From Methylorubrum extorquens (GTDB taxonomy: Bacteria > Pseudomonadota > Alphaproteobacteria > Rhizobiales > Beijerinckiaceae), in the NCBI GenBank assembly GCA_900234795.1, contig LT962688.1, positions 3,000,001 to 3,032,000 on the forward strand: a stretch of 32,000 nucleotides of DNA, given 5' to 3'. The stretch's first letter is position 1; every line of letters starts with the position of its first letter. Both the position numbers and the translations under genes were made by a program. This document shows positions 10,146 to 20,628 of the stretch, piece by piece. The notes below the pieces were generated by a model. It made no database searches, was not told the DNA's origin, and worked only from the letters and a program-made list of their open reading frames with translations.

Positions 10146-10325
10146 TCGCGGCGGGAGCGAGAACCGCTCCTCGCACGAGGCGATCAGCCCCCCGAATTCG
10201 CTCAGGGCGACATCGCGGCGGGGGCGCTCAACGGTCGGCTTCGTTGCGGGCGATCGCGACCGGCGGCTTCGCTTCCGCGTTCTCTTCACCGGTGCATAAA
10301 CCGCGACAACGGGCTTGCACGTTGA

Positions 10326-10340
10326 GAACAAAACAAGTAC
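10326..10340 (+). promoter_or_regulatory. candidate alphaproteobacterial LexA (SOS) box, GAAC-N7-GTAC
   Basis: GAACAAAACAAGTAC lies about 65 nt upstream of the recA ATG. It has one mismatch to the GAAC-N7-GAAC (GTTC-N7-GTTC) direct repeat and sits just 3' of a TTGCAC hexamer at 10315-10320. Confidence 0.5.
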
Positions 10341-10403
10341 GAAATCCGTCAGCTCCGGCGGATTGAGCGCCGTGCCCCCTCCCATGCATAAGGAAGCCTT
10401 GCG

Positions 10404-11504
10404 ATGGCCCAGCCTGCGCTGAAGATGGTGGATTCCTCGACAATGGCAGCAGCCGACAAGGACAAGTCCAAGGCGATCGAGGCTGCGCTGACGCAGATCG
10501 AGCGGGCCTTCGGCAAAGGCTCGATCATGCGCCTCGGCAAGTCCGACAAGGTGCAGGAAGTCGAGACCATCTCCACGGGCTCGCTCGGCCTCGACATCGC
10601 GCTCGGCGTCGGCGGCCTGCCGCGCGGCCGGGTGGTCGAGATCTACGGGCCCGAATCGTCGGGTAAGACGACGCTCGCGCTCCACACGATTGCCGAGGCC
10701 CAGAAGAAGGGCGGCGTCTGCGCCTTCGTGGATGCGGAGCATGCCCTCGACCCGGTCTATGCGCGCAAGCTCGGCGTCAATCTCGACGACCTGCTGATCT
10801 CGCAGCCTGATACGGGCGAACAGGCGCTCGAGATCACCGACACGCTGGTGCGCTCCGGTGCCATCGACGTGCTGGTGGTCGATTCGGTCGCCGCGCTGAC
10901 GCCGCGGGCCGAGATTGAGGGCGAGATGGGCGAGAGCCAGCCGGGCCTCCAGGCTCGCCTGATGAGCCAGGCCCTGCGCAAGCTCACCGGTTCGATCTCG
11001 CGCTCGAACTGCATGGTGATCTTCATCAACCAGATCCGCATGAAGATCGGCGTGATGTACGGGAGCCCCGAGACGACCACCGGCGGCAACGCGCTGAAAT
11101 TCTACGCCTCGGTGCGCCTCGATATCCGTCGCGTCTCGACGCTGAAGGACCGCGACGAGGCCATCGGCAACTCGGTGCGCGTCAAGGTCGTCAAGAACAA
11201 GGTCGCGCCGCCCTTCAAGCAGGTCGAGTTCGACATCATGTTCGGCGAGGGCGTGTCGAAGGTCGGCGAGCTGATCGACCTCGGCGTGAAGGCCGGCATC
11301 GTCGAGAAGTCGGGCGCGTGGTTCTCCTACGACAGCCAGCGCCTCGGCCAGGGTCGCGAGAACTCGAAGGGCTTCCTTCGCGACAACCCCGACATCGCCA
11401 ATAAGATCGAAGCCTCGATCCGCCAGAACTCGGGACTGGTCGCCGACCGGATTCTCGAGACGGCCAAGCCGACCGCCGACGATCTCGATGAGGGTGAGGC
11501 CTAA
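10404..11504 (+). CDS. recA: recombinase RecA
   Basis: 366 aa. Walker [10 protein letters not shown], plus ...[10 protein letters not shown]... and ...[38 protein letters not shown].... Confidence 0.98.
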   Translation: MAQPALKMVDSSTMAAADKDKSKAIEAALTQIERAFGKGSIMRLGKSDKVQEVETISTGSLGLDIALGVGGLPRGRVVEIYGPESSGKTTLALHTIAEAQKKGGVCAFVDAEHALDPVYARKLGVNLDDLLISQPDTGEQALEITDTLVRSGAIDVLVVDSVAALTPRAEIEGEMGESQPGLQARLMSQALRKLTGSISRSNCMVIFINQIRMKIGVMYGSPETTTGGNALKFYASVRLDIRRVSTLKDRDEAIGNSVRVKVVKNKVAPPFKQVEFDIMFGEGVSKVGELIDLGVKAGIVEKSGAWFSYDSQRLGQGRENSKGFLRDNPDIANKIEASIRQNSGLVADRILETAKPTADDLDEGEA

Positions 11505-11531
11505 AGCGCCTCGCGTCACCGGTAGAACGAC

Positions 11532-11568
11532 AAAGCCCGCCGCGAGCGATCGCGGCGGGCTTTCTTCT
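11532..11568. terminator. bidirectional rho-independent terminator between recA and the GST gene
   Basis: Perfect 14-bp stem AAAGCCCGCCGCGA / TCGCGGCGGGCTTT with loop GCGA, followed by TTTCTTCT. The A-run on the other side serves the convergent gene. Confidence 0.75.
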
Positions 11569-11585
11569 GCGCCGAAGGCCAGCGG

Positions 11586-12188
11586 TCAGGCCGCCAAGTG
11601 CCTCGCGTCGAACTCGGCCGCGAAACGGGCGCCGGGCCGGTCCATGCAGCGATCGACCCAGGCATCGATGGTCGGCTCGCCAGGCTTGCCGAACCAGGCA
11701 TAGGGCGAGTGCAGAAGGAGGTCGGCGGCACTGAAGTGGTCGCCGAGCAGGAAGGGCCTGTCTTTCAGCGCTGCGGCGAGCCGTGCCTTGATGTCCGCGC
11801 TCGTGCGGAAGGTGCGGGCGATGGCGGGATGATCGAGCCCGATGGCCTCCAGCGTCAGGACCGGCTCGACGACGCCGGCGTACCACGCGAGCCAGCTGAG
11901 ATAGGCACCGCGCTGCGGGTGGCCGGCGGGGATGCTGAGGCCGGTCTTCGGAAACAGCTCGGCCAAGTACTGGATGATGGCGCTCGACTCCCGCACCAGG
12001 ACGCCGTCGTGGTCGAGGAGCGGCACCTTGCCTTCCGGGTGCGGGTTGCGCGGGTCGCGCGCCCCCGAGCCGTCCATGCGCGGGATCGTGACGGTTTCGA
12101 TCCGCACGGCATCGAGCGCGTCGAGGTCCTTGAGGAGCGCGACGATGCGGGTCGAGCGGCTCTGCGGGGCGTGGAACAGCGTGATCAT
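11586..12188 (-). CDS. glutathione S-transferase family protein
   Basis: 200 aa. Thioredoxin-like N-domain (...EGKVPLLDHDGVLVRESSAIIQYL...) and helical C-domain (...FLLGDHFSAADLLL...). Confidence 0.85.
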   Translation of the reverse strand: MITLFHAPQSRSTRIVALLKDLDALDAVRIETVTIPRMDGSGARDPRNPHPEGKVPLLDHDGVLVRESSAIIQYLAELFPKTGLSIPAGHPQRGAYLSWLAWYAGVVEPVLTLEAIGLDHPAIARTFRTSADIKARLAAALKDRPFLLGDHFSAADLLLHSPYAWFGKPGEPTIDAWVDRCMDRPGARFAAEFDARHLAA

Positions 12189-12262
12189 CGGTGGCCTCTG
12201 GCTGGCGGGTTGCCAAGCCAGGGTTTAGTCCAGGGCACCTGCCAGTTTCCGTCAGTTGGGCG

Positions 12263-12970
12263 ATGGCGCGAACCGATCGACTCTTCCGGCTGCTGCATGC
12301 GATGCGCGTCCTGCCTTCGCCGGTCACCGCCGCGCGGCTGGCCGAGGAAACCGGCGTGTCGCTGCGCTCCCTCTATCGCGATATCGACAGCCTGCGCGCC
12401 GCCGGCGCCCGGATCGATGGCGAGCGCGGCTACGGCTACCGTCTGATCGAGGACGTTGCCCTTCCGCCGCAAACCTTCGATCGAACGGAGATCGAGGCCC
12501 TGGTTCTGGGCCTCGCCGAGGTCCGTCATATGGGAGACCCGGCCCTGGCCCAGGCCGCCGCGTCGGTACTGGCCAAGGTCGCCGCCACCGTGCCCGACCG
12601 GGCCGAGCAGCACCTGCTCCACGCAGTCTCGCAGGTCCGCCGCTCCGAGGCCCGCTTCTCCAAGATCCCCGACATGGAAACGATCCGGGCCGCGTGCTGG
12701 CGGGAGGAGGCTCTGGCGCTCCGCTATAGCGACAAGGACGGTGCGGTCACCGAGCGGCAAATCCTGCCGCTCTCCATCGTCTACCTCGACAGCAAGATGA
12801 CACTGCTGGCGTGGTGTTGCCTGCGCGAGGCGTTCCGCATGTTCCGGCTGGATCGCATCGAAGAGGTGCGGATGGCGGGCTCCAGCTTCCGCCCACGGCG
12901 GGTCACGCTGCTGCGCAGCTACCTCACCGAACTGAGGGGTCGCGCTGGGCCGCGCAATGAGCCGACGTGA
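12263..12970 (+). CDS. YafY-family transcriptional regulator (HTH + WYL domain)
   Basis: ATG 12263 ([14 protein letters not shown]...). HTH ...[39 protein letters not shown] and a WYL-type C-domain (...[13 protein letters not shown]...). The longer ORF start at 12191 would abut the GST start codon. Confidence 0.8.
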   Translation: MARTDRLFRLLHAMRVLPSPVTAARLAEETGVSLRSLYRDIDSLRAAGARIDGERGYGYRLIEDVALPPQTFDRTEIEALVLGLAEVRHMGDPALAQAAASVLAKVAATVPDRAEQHLLHAVSQVRRSEARFSKIPDMETIRAACWREEALALRYSDKDGAVTERQILPLSIVYLDSKMTLLAWCCLREAFRMFRLDRIEEVRMAGSSFRPRRVTLLRSYLTELRGRAGPRNEPT

Positions 12971-13064
12971 CTCGCAAAGCTTGGGCCCGTATGAGGGCGC
13001 GAGACTGACCGCCGTGCTGTCCGCAGCCGGCTCCCCGACGCGACATGATGTTCGAGCCTATCCG

Positions 13065-15740
13065 ATGAGCGGCGTCAACGAGATCCGATCGACCTTCCTG
13101 GACTACTTCCGGGATGCCGGGCACGCGGTGGTACCCTCGTCCTCGCTCGTGCCGAAGAACGACCCCACGCTGATGTTCACGAACGCCGGCATGGTGCAGT
13201 TCAAGAACGTCTTCACGGGGGTCGAGAAGCGTCCCTACGTCAAGGCGACTTCTTCGCAGAAATGCGTCCGCGCCGGGGGCAAGCACAACGACCTCGACAA
13301 TGTCGGCTACACCGCGCGGCATCACACCTTCTTCGAGATGCTCGGCAACTTTTCGTTCGGCGATTACTTCAAGGCCGATGCGATCGAGCTGGCCTGGACG
13401 CTGATCACCAAGGAGTTCGGCCTCTCGCCGGAAAAGCTCCTCGTCACCGTCTACGCGGACGACGAGGAGGCCGCGGGCCTGTGGCGGAAGATCGCCGGCT
13501 TCTCGGATGATAAGATCATCCGGATCGGCACCTCCGACAATTTCTGGCAGATGGGCGATACCGGCCCCTGCGGTCCGTGCTCGGAAATCTTCATCGACCA
13601 GGGCCCGACGCTGGCGGGCGGACCGCCCGGTTCTCCGGACGAGGATGGCGACCGCTTCCTCGAATTCTGGAACCTCGTGTTCATGCAGTACGAGCAGGTC
13701 GAGCCGGGGGTGCGGAACTCGCTGCCTCGGCCCTCGATCGATACCGGCATGGGCCTGGAGCGGATGGCCGCCATCCTCCAGGGCGTCCACTCGAACTACG
13801 ACACCGATCTGTTCCGCGCGCTGATCGATGCGGTGGCCCACGCCGTGTCGCGGGCGCCGGAGCCGTCGACGCGCGCCTCCTACCGCGTCATCGCCGACCA
13901 TCTGCGCTCGACCTCGTTCCTGATCGCCGACGGCGTGCTGCCGTCGAACGAGGGCCGCGGCTACGTGCTGCGCCGGATCATGCGCCGGGCCATGCGCCAC
14001 CTCGAACTGCTCGGCGCCCGCGATCCCGTCATGTACCGGCTCGTGCCGACCCTCGTGCGCGAGATGGGGCAGGCCTTCCCCGAACTCGCCCGCAGCGAAG
14101 CGCTGATCTCCGAGACCCTCCGGCTGGAGGAAGGCCGCTTCCGCAAGACCCTGGAGCGCGGCCTAGCCATCCTCGACACCGAGACCCGCGATCTCGCGGC
14201 CGGCCAGAACCTGTCCGGCGAGACGGCCTTCACGCTCTACGACACCTACGGCTTCCCGCTCGACCTGACGCAGGACGCGCTGAAGGCGCGCGGCATCGGC
14301 GTCGACACGAAGGCGTTCGACGCGGCGATGCTGCGCCAGAAGCAGGCGGCGCGGGCCGCGTGGCAGGGCTCGGGCGAGGCCGCGACCGAGACGGTCTGGT
14401 TCGGCATCAAGGAGCGAACCGGCGCTACCGAATTTCTGGGATATGACACGGAAGCGGCCGAAGCCGTCGTCGGCGCCCTGCTGCGCGACGGCAGCGAAGT
14501 CGAAACACTGAAGGCGGGCGAGAACGGCATCGTCGTCGCCAACCAGACCCCGTTCTACGGCGAATCCGGCGGTCAGGTCGGCGATACCGGCACGATCTCC
14601 GGGCCCGGCCTCAAGGCACGCGTCACCGGTACGGAAAAGAAGCTCGGCGACCTGTTCGTGCATCACGTCACGGTCGAGGAGGGCACGCTCGCCGTCGGCG
14701 CCGCCGTGGAGCTGAAGGTCGATCACGCGCGCCGCGCCGCGATCCGCGCCAACCACACGGCGACCCACCTCCTCCACGAAGCCCTGCGTCAGGTGCTCGG
14801 TGACCACGTCGCTCAGAAGGGCTCGCTCGTCGCGCCCGAGCGCCTGCGCTTCGACATCAGCCACCCCAAGCCCATCGACGAGGCGGAGCTGAGCCGCGTC
14901 GAAGAGATTGCCAACGCGGTCCTGCTCCAGAACGCGCCGGTGGTCACGAAGCTGATGGCCGTGGACGAGGCGATCGAGTCGGGCGCCCGCGCCCTGTTCG
15001 GCGAGAAGTACGGCGATGAAGTCCGCGTCGTCTCCATGGGCCGGCCCGTGGATGACGAGGGCCGCGAGGTCGAAGGCCGCCTGCCGAACTTCTCGATCGA
15101 GCTGTGCGGCGGCACCCATGTCTCGCAGCTTGGCGAGATCGGCCAGATCACCGTGCTCGGCGAGAGCGCGGTCGGTGCCGGCGTGCGCCGGATCGAGGCG
15201 ATGACCGGCACCGCCGCCCGTCGCCACCGCGCCACCGAGAGCCGCACGCTGAGCCAGCTCGCCGGCCTGCTCAAGGCGCCGGTCGCGGACGTGCCGGAGC
15301 GCCTCTCCACGCTCATTGAGGAGCGTCGCCGCCTTGAAAAGGAGCTGGCGGATGCGCGCAAGAAGATTGCCATGGGCGGAGCCTCGGGCGGCGGCGACGA
15401 GGCCCGCGAGATCAACGGCGTGAAGTTGATGGCCCGGGTGGTCGAGGGCGTCGAGATGCGGGACCTGAAAGGTCTCGCCGACGAGGGCAAGACCCGCCTC
15501 GGCTCGGGCATCGTCGCCCTCGTCGGCGTGTCCGCGGACGGCAAGGCCGGGCTCGTCGTCGGCGTCACCGAGGATCTGACCGAGCGCTACGACGCGGTCG
15601 GGCTGGTGCGCGCCGGTGCTGGCCACCTCGGCGGCAAGGGCGGCGGCGGACGGCGCGACATGGCCCAGGCCGGCGGCCCGGACGGCGCCGGAGCGGACGC
15701 CGCACTCGCGGCGATCGCGGAGGCCTTGGCCGCGGGCTGA
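13065..15740 (+). CDS. alaS: alanine--tRNA ligase
   Basis: ATG 13065 ([47 protein letters not shown]), 891 aa. Contains the editing-domain HTATHLLH and the C-terminal DHHA1-like region. Confidence 0.97.
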   Translation: MSGVNEIRSTFLDYFRDAGHAVVPSSSLVPKNDPTLMFTNAGMVQFKNVFTGVEKRPYVKATSSQKCVRAGGKHNDLDNVGYTARHHTFFEMLGNFSFGDYFKADAIELAWTLITKEFGLSPEKLLVTVYADDEEAAGLWRKIAGFSDDKIIRIGTSDNFWQMGDTGPCGPCSEIFIDQGPTLAGGPPGSPDEDGDRFLEFWNLVFMQYEQVEPGVRNSLPRPSIDTGMGLERMAAILQGVHSNYDTDLFRALIDAVAHAVSRAPEPSTRASYRVIADHLRSTSFLIADGVLPSNEGRGYVLRRIMRRAMRHLELLGARDPVMYRLVPTLVREMGQAFPELARSEALISETLRLEEGRFRKTLERGLAILDTETRDLAAGQNLSGETAFTLYDTYGFPLDLTQDALKARGIGVDTKAFDAAMLRQKQAARAAWQGSGEAATETVWFGIKERTGATEFLGYDTEAAEAVVGALLRDGSEVETLKAGENGIVVANQTPFYGESGGQVGDTGTISGPGLKARVTGTEKKLGDLFVHHVTVEEGTLAVGAAVELKVDHARRAAIRANHTATHLLHEALRQVLGDHVAQKGSLVAPERLRFDISHPKPIDEAELSRVEEIANAVLLQNAPVVTKLMAVDEAIESGARALFGEKYGDEVRVVSMGRPVDDEGREVEGRLPNFSIELCGGTHVSQLGEIGQITVLGESAVGAGVRRIEAMTGTAARRHRATESRTLSQLAGLLKAPVADVPERLSTLIEERRRLEKELADARKKIAMGGASGGGDEAREINGVKLMARVVEGVEMRDLKGLADEGKTRLGSGIVALVGVSADGKAGLVVGVTEDLTERYDAVGLVRAGAGHLGGKGGGGRRDMAQAGGPDGAGADAALAAIAEALAAG

Positions 15741-15923
15741 CCGGCCTCCGCGCACACGGCGACTGGGGGGAAGAAAAACATCGTCGCTCGCGGAACGGTG
15801 AGCGTGTTCGCGGCTTGGTTGGCGGCCAATCCCCGCCGCCTCCGAGCCTTGTGCCCGGCGCGTCCCGTTTCCCGATCCGGCCCGCACTGGATTCGGGACA
15901 GGGCGTCAATGTCCTGTGAGCCG

Positions 15924-16985
15924 ATGAAACTCTTTCGCTGCCAGTCCTGCGACAACGTCCTCTATTTCGAGAACCGCTCCTGCGAGCGCTGCGGCCATCG
16001 GCTCGCCTACCTGCCGCAGCTCGGCCGCATCTCGGCCCTCGAGCCTGCGGGTAACAACACCTGGACGCCGCTCGCTGCGCCGGATCGCCCGGGCTTCTTC
16101 TGCACCAACGCCGCGCACGACGCCTGCAACTGGATGGTGCCGCCGGGTACGACCGACGCCTTCTGCCTCGCCTGCCGCCATAACGGCACCGTGCCGGATG
16201 TGAACGACCCGGTGAATCTGGAGCGCTGGCGCGAGATGGAGCATGCCAAGCACCGGCTGTTCTACACCCTGCTGCGCTGGAACCTGCCGCTGAAGACCCG
16301 CGCCGAGGATCCCGAGCACGGGCTGATCTTCAACTTCCTGGCCGACTCGCCGGATTCGAGCGGCCCCAAGGTGATGACCGGCCACGAGAACGGCATCATC
16401 ACCATCGCCCTGGTCGAGGCCGACCCGGCCGAGCGCGAGAAGCGCCGCACCTCGATGGGCGAGCCCTACCGGACGCTCCTCGGCCATTTCCGCCACGAGG
16501 TCGGCCACCATTACTGGGACATCCTCGTGCGCGACGCCGGCAAGCTGGAGCCGTGCCGGGCGGTGTTCGGAGACGACTCGCAGGATTACGGCGCTTCGCT
16601 CCAGCGCCACTACAATCAGGGTCCGCCGCCGAACTGGCAGGAGACCTTCGTATCGGCGTACGCCACCACTCATCCGTGGGAGGACTTCGCCGAGACCTGG
16701 GCCCACTATCTCCACATCGTCGATACGCTGGAGATGGCGAGCGCCTTCGGTATGCAGGTGAAGCCCAAGGCCGATGTCGAGGGCGAACTCGCCACACGGG
16801 TGGATTTCGATCCCTACGCGGCCGAGACGGTCGAGCAGATCATCGATGCGTGGCTGCCCTTCGTCTTCGCGATGAACAGCGTCAGCCGCACCATGGGCGA
16901 GGGCGACCTCTATCCGTTCGTGCTCGGCCCGGCGGTGGTGACGAAGCTCGGCTTCATCCACAACCTCGTCCACGGTCGGGTGTAG
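15924..16985 (+). CDS. zinc-ribbon plus HExxH putative zinc metallopeptidase (uncharacterised family)
   Basis: MKLFRCQSCDNVLYFENRSCERCGH forms a Cys4 ribbon, and FRHEVGHHYWD is an HExxH motif. ATG 15909 is an alternative start. Confidence 0.75.
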   Translation: MKLFRCQSCDNVLYFENRSCERCGHRLAYLPQLGRISALEPAGNNTWTPLAAPDRPGFFCTNAAHDACNWMVPPGTTDAFCLACRHNGTVPDVNDPVNLERWREMEHAKHRLFYTLLRWNLPLKTRAEDPEHGLIFNFLADSPDSSGPKVMTGHENGIITIALVEADPAEREKRRTSMGEPYRTLLGHFRHEVGHHYWDILVRDAGKLEPCRAVFGDDSQDYGASLQRHYNQGPPPNWQETFVSAYATTHPWEDFAETWAHYLHIVDTLEMASAFGMQVKPKADVEGELATRVDFDPYAAETVEQIIDAWLPFVFAMNSVSRTMGEGDLYPFVLGPAVVTKLGFIHNLVHGRV

Positions 16986-17008
16986 AAACGCCTCGCAACG
17001 ATCGCCGA

Positions 17009-17036
17009 CGGACGGGCCTCGCCTCAGGCCCGTCCG
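17009..17036. terminator. 10-bp GC hairpin between convergent genes, overlapping the yqgE-family stop
   Basis: CGGACGGGCC - TCGCCTCA - GGCCCGTCCG forms a perfect stem. Only a weak T tail follows. Confidence 0.4.
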
Positions 17037-17632
17037 GCTTCCGCCGACAGCATGGCGGGATCGATGCCGATCGCCTTGAGGACCTGCTCGTACTTTGTGC
17101 CGAGCCCCGGATCGAAGATCAGGTCGGGATCGGCCGGGCAGTTCAGCCAGCCATTGGCCAGAATCTCGTTCTCCAACTGGCCCGCCTGCCAGCCGGCATA
17201 GCCGAGTGCCAGCACGGCGTTCGAGGGTCCGCGCCCGTCGGCGATGGCGCGCAGGATCTCCACCGTCGCCGTGAGGCACACGCCCTCGTCGATCTGCAGC
17301 GTCGATTGATCGATGTGGAAGTCGGCGGTGTGGAGCACGAAGCCGCGCTTGGCATCGACCGGTCCGCCCATCAGCACCGGCATGTGACCGACGCGCTCGC
17401 GCAGGCGGATCGCATCGGACTCGCTGGCGATGTCGAGCTGGATCAGGAGATCCGGCATGCTCAGATCCGCGACCGGCTTGTTGACGATGATGCCCATCGC
17501 CCCGTCCGCCGAGTGCGCGCAGAGATAGATCACCGAGCGCGCGAAGCGCTCGTCGCCGATCCCCGGCATGGCCACGAGGAACTGGCCGTCGAGATAGGCC
17601 GTGTCTTTGAGCGAGGGATCGGGCGTCTGCAT
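17024..17632 (-). CDS. YqgE/AlgH family protein (UPF0301)
   Basis: 202 aa. Contains ...[40 protein letters not shown].... Confidence 0.85.
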   Translation of the reverse strand: MQTPDPSLKDTAYLDGQFLVAMPGIGDERFARSVIYLCAHSADGAMGIIVNKPVADLSMPDLLIQLDIASESDAIRLRERVGHMPVLMGGPVDAKRGFVLHTADFHIDQSTLQIDEGVCLTATVEILRAIADGRGPSNAVLALGYAGWQAGQLENEILANGWLNCPADPDLIFDPGLGTKYEQVLKAIGIDPAMLSAEAGRA

Positions 17633-17755
17633 GGGACTATGCTACTGCGCTGGCCGTCATTGATCCATAAGGCAAACGCGCACGCGGCGCGGCCGTGCCT
17701 CGACAGTCGCGCGAAGCGCGTCTAACGGTTCGTGGCTTTTGCGAGGAGAGCACGG

Positions 17756-18238
17756 ATGACGATTCAGGTTGGCGATCACCTGCCCCAGGCCACCTTCCGG
17801 GTGAACGGGCCGGACGGTCCGCAGGCCAAGACGACCGACGACGTGTTCAAGGGGCGCCGCGTCGTGCTGGTCGGCGTGCCGGGCGCCTTCACCCCGGCCT
17901 GCCACCGCAACCACCTGCCGGGCTTCGTCGCCAAGCGCGAGGAGATCCTGGCCCGCGGCATCGATGCGATCGCCGTGACCTCGGTCAACGACATCTTCGT
18001 GCTCAACGCGTGGCAGCAGCAGAGCGGCGCCGAGGGCATCGAGTTCCTGGCCGACGGCAATGCCGAATTCGCCAAGGCGATCGGCCTGGAAATGGACGGC
18101 TCGGGCTTTGGCCTCGGCCCGCGCTCTCAGCGCTACGCGATGCTCGTGGATGACGGCGTGGTGCGGATCCTCAACGTCGAGGACACCCCGTCCAGGGCCG
18201 AGGTCTCGGGCGCCGAAGCCCTGCTGAAGGTGCTCTGA
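17756..18238 (+). CDS. peroxiredoxin (Prx5-like, atypical 2-Cys)
   Basis: ATG 17756 preceded by GAGGAGAG. Contains ...VLVGVPGAFTPACHRNHLPGF.... 160 aa. Confidence 0.88.
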   Translation: MTIQVGDHLPQATFRVNGPDGPQAKTTDDVFKGRRVVLVGVPGAFTPACHRNHLPGFVAKREEILARGIDAIAVTSVNDIFVLNAWQQQSGAEGIEFLADGNAEFAKAIGLEMDGSGFGLGPRSQRYAMLVDDGVVRILNVEDTPSRAEVSGAEALLKVL

Positions 18239-18253
18239 GCCACCCGACATGAG

Positions 18254-18275
18254 CCCTCCCCGGCACCGGGGAGGG
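18254..18275. terminator. hairpin between convergent prx and thrB
   Basis: CCCTCCCCGG-CA-CCGGGGAGGG is a perfect 10-nt inverted repeat, followed by TTCGATCC. Confidence 0.5.
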
Positions 18276-18286
18276 TTCGATCCGTC

Positions 18287-19252
18287 TTACTTCTCCCAGC
18301 CGTAGTCCCGCGCATCGGTCGCGGTGCGGTGGAAGGCGAGACGGCGGTCGTATTCCAGCGGGTCCTTGGGCTGCACCAGGGCGCCGGGCGGCACGTTGAG
18401 CCAGTCCACGAGGCGGGTCAGCATGAACCGCATGGCCGCGCCTCGCGCCAGGATCGGCAGCGCCGCGATCTCAGCCGGTTCGAGCGTCCGCACTGCATCG
18501 TAGCCCGCGATCATCGCACCCGCCTTGTCGCGGTGGAAGGTGCCGTCGGCATCGAAGCACCACGCGTTGAGGCTGATCGCCAGATCGTAGGCGAAGGCGT
18601 CGGTGCAGGCGAAGTAGAAGTCGATCAGGCCCGACACGGCGTCGCCGATGAAGAACACGTTGTCGGTGAAGAGGTCGGCATGGATGACGCCGGCCGGCAG
18701 CCCTTGCGGCCACGACGCCTCGAGCCAATCGAGGTCCACGCGGGTGCGGGCCGCGAGGCCGGGCGCCACGGTGTCAGCCTGCGCTTCGGCCTGCACGAAG
18801 AGCGGACGCCACGCTTCCACCGACAGATTGTTCGCGCGCACCATCGGAAAATCGCGGCCGGCGGCGTGAAGCCCGGCCAGCGCGGCGCCGAGCGCCCGGC
18901 AATGCTCCGCGTTCGGGCGGCTCAACGACACACCTTCGAGGAAGGTGACGATCGCCGCAGGCCGGCCGCAGAGATGCCCGAGGGCGGTGCCGGCGCGGTT
19001 GCGGACCGGTTGCGGACAGGCGAGGCCGGCCCGCGCCAGATGGCCCATCAGGTTGATGAAGAACGGCAGATCCGCCGCGTTCACCCGCTTCTCGTACAGG
19101 GTGAGGATGTAGTTGCCCGTGCTCGTATGCAGGAAGAAGTTCGAGTTCTCGACGCCTTCCGCGATGCCCTTGTAGGAGAGCAAATCGCCGAGTTCGTATT
19201 CTCTGAGGAAGGCGCGCAGCGCCTCGTCGGATACGTCGGTGTAGACCGCCAC
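18287..19252 (-). CDS. thrB: homoserine kinase (APH-fold type)
   Basis: GTG 19252 (VAVYTDVSDEALRAFLREYELGDLLSYKGIAEGVENSNFFL...), 321 aa. Contains ...VIHADLFTDNVFF.... The part of ORF 18287..19540 upstream of this start is Arg-rich junk. Confidence 0.85.
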   Translation of the reverse strand: MAVYTDVSDEALRAFLREYELGDLLSYKGIAEGVENSNFFLHTSTGNYILTLYEKRVNAADLPFFINLMGHLARAGLACPQPVRNRAGTALGHLCGRPAAIVTFLEGVSLSRPNAEHCRALGAALAGLHAAGRDFPMVRANNLSVEAWRPLFVQAEAQADTVAPGLAARTRVDLDWLEASWPQGLPAGVIHADLFTDNVFFIGDAVSGLIDFYFACTDAFAYDLAISLNAWCFDADGTFHRDKAGAMIAGYDAVRTLEPAEIAALPILARGAAMRFMLTRLVDWLNVPPGALVQPKDPLEYDRRLAFHRTATDARDYGWEK

Positions 19253-19350
19253 GGTGCCGCTGCCGGTTTCAGACAAGAGAAAGGGGCGCCGTGGGCGCCC
19301 CTGGAGGTCGTTCGGCCGGCCTCCGCTCGGGGGCCGGCGTGTCGTCCGCC

Positions 19351-20373
19351 CTATTCGGCGGCTTCGCTGCGCAGCTCGCGCGGCAGCGGGAAGGACATGT
19401 CCTCGACGGTGACCGACACCTGATCCACCGTCACGTCGAAGCGCGCGGCGAAGGCGTCGATGATCTCTTCGACCAAAACCTCCGGCGCGGACGCGCCGGC
19501 GGTGAGGCCGAGGCGGCGGATGTCCTTGAAGGCATCCCAATCGATCTCCTCGGCACGCAGGACGAGGCGGGTGATGGGACAGCCGGCCCGCTCGGCGACT
19601 TCACGCAGGCGCTGCGAGTTCGACGAGTTCGAGGAACCCACCACGATCAGGGCATCGACCCGCGGCGCGACTTCCTTGACCGCTTCCTGGCGGTTGGTGG
19701 TGGCGTAGCAGATGTCGTCCTTGTGCGGGCCGTGAATGCCGGTGAACTTGGCCTTCAGCGCCTCGACGATATGCTTGGTGTCGTCGATCGACAGGGTCGT
19801 CTGCGTCACCCAAGCCAGCGCCTGGTCGGCCGGCGGGTTCAGCGCATCGATCTGGTCGATGTCCTCGACGAGGGTGATCGAACCCTTGGGCAACTGGCCC
19901 ATGGTGCCGACGACTTCCGGATGGCCGGAATGGCCCACGAGCAGGACGTGGCGCCCGCGCTTGTGATGGATCTCGGCCTCGCGGTGGACCTTGGTCACCA
20001 GTGGGCAGGTCGCGTCGATGGTGGTGAGGCCGCGCGCATCGGCGTTCTGCGGCACGGTCTTGGCGACGCCGTGGGCGGAGAAGATGACGGGAGCGCCGCT
20101 ATCGGGCACCTCGTCCAGCTCGCGCACGAAGACGGCGCCCTTCCGCTTCAGGGTCTCGACCACGTATTTGTTGTGGACGATCTCGTGGCGGACATAGACC
20201 GGCGCTCCGTAGATCGCCAGCGCCCGCTCGACCACGTCGATGGCGCGCACCACGCCGGCGCAGAAGCCGCGGGGGGCGCACAGGAGGATCTCCAGTGGCG
20301 GCTTGTCGCCCGTCACGGCCGGATGCGGGACCCTGTTCGGGTCGGCGGTGAGGTTGATGGTGTCAGCGCTCAT
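19351..20373 (-). CDS. ispH: 4-hydroxy-3-methylbut-2-enyl diphosphate reductase
   Basis: Contains ...[20 protein letters not shown]..., ...TCPLVTKVH... and ...GHSGHPEV.... Start is ATG 20373 or TTG 20412. Lies upstream of thrB on the same strand. Confidence 0.92.
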   Translation of the reverse strand: MSADTINLTADPNRVPHPAVTGDKPPLEILLCAPRGFCAGVVRAIDVVERALAIYGAPVYVRHEIVHNKYVVETLKRKGAVFVRELDEVPDSGAPVIFSAHGVAKTVPQNADARGLTTIDATCPLVTKVHREAEIHHKRGRHVLLVGHSGHPEVVGTMGQLPKGSITLVEDIDQIDALNPPADQALAWVTQTTLSIDDTKHIVEALKAKFTGIHGPHKDDICYATTNRQEAVKEVAPRVDALIVVGSSNSSNSQRLREVAERAGCPITRLVLRAEEIDWDAFKDIRRLGLTAGASAPEVLVEEIIDAFAARFDVTVDQVSVTVEDMSFPLPRELRSEAAE

Positions 20374-20544
20374 GATCCGACGGATGTGGAGAGGGGTGGC
20401 CGGGTCTGTCAACTGCGGCCAGCCCGAAAGCCGCGACAGGCCTGCGCCTGTCCGTCATCATTTGCTTAGCACACACGACGCGATCCGTGACCCCCACCCT
20501 CCGCCCGGGGGGCCTGCATCGACGTTCCTGTGGTAACGGTGCCG

Positions 20545-20576
20545 GCCCGGTGCCACCGGGAGCGGTGGCGCCGGGC
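20545..20576. other. strong GC-rich hairpin in the ispH / kef intergenic region
   Basis: GCCCGGTGCCACCG - GGAG - CGGTGGCGCCGGGC. A 14-bp stem with one T/C (G-U type) position. Confidence 0.5.
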
Positions 20577-20628
20577 ATGTGACGAACGACACGCGAATCG
20601 CCCTCGCGAGGCGCACGGCTCTTGTTTT

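Noticed and set aside
14163-15887. 574-aa minus-strand ORF, plus 12924..14000 (358 aa)
   Set aside because: Both are antisense to alaS and have no family signatures.
18274-18283. GGTTCGATCC, a tRNA T-loop-like string
   Set aside because: The flanking bases cannot form a T-arm, and the intergenic gap is only 48 nt. It is the tail of the prx/thrB hairpin, not a tRNA.
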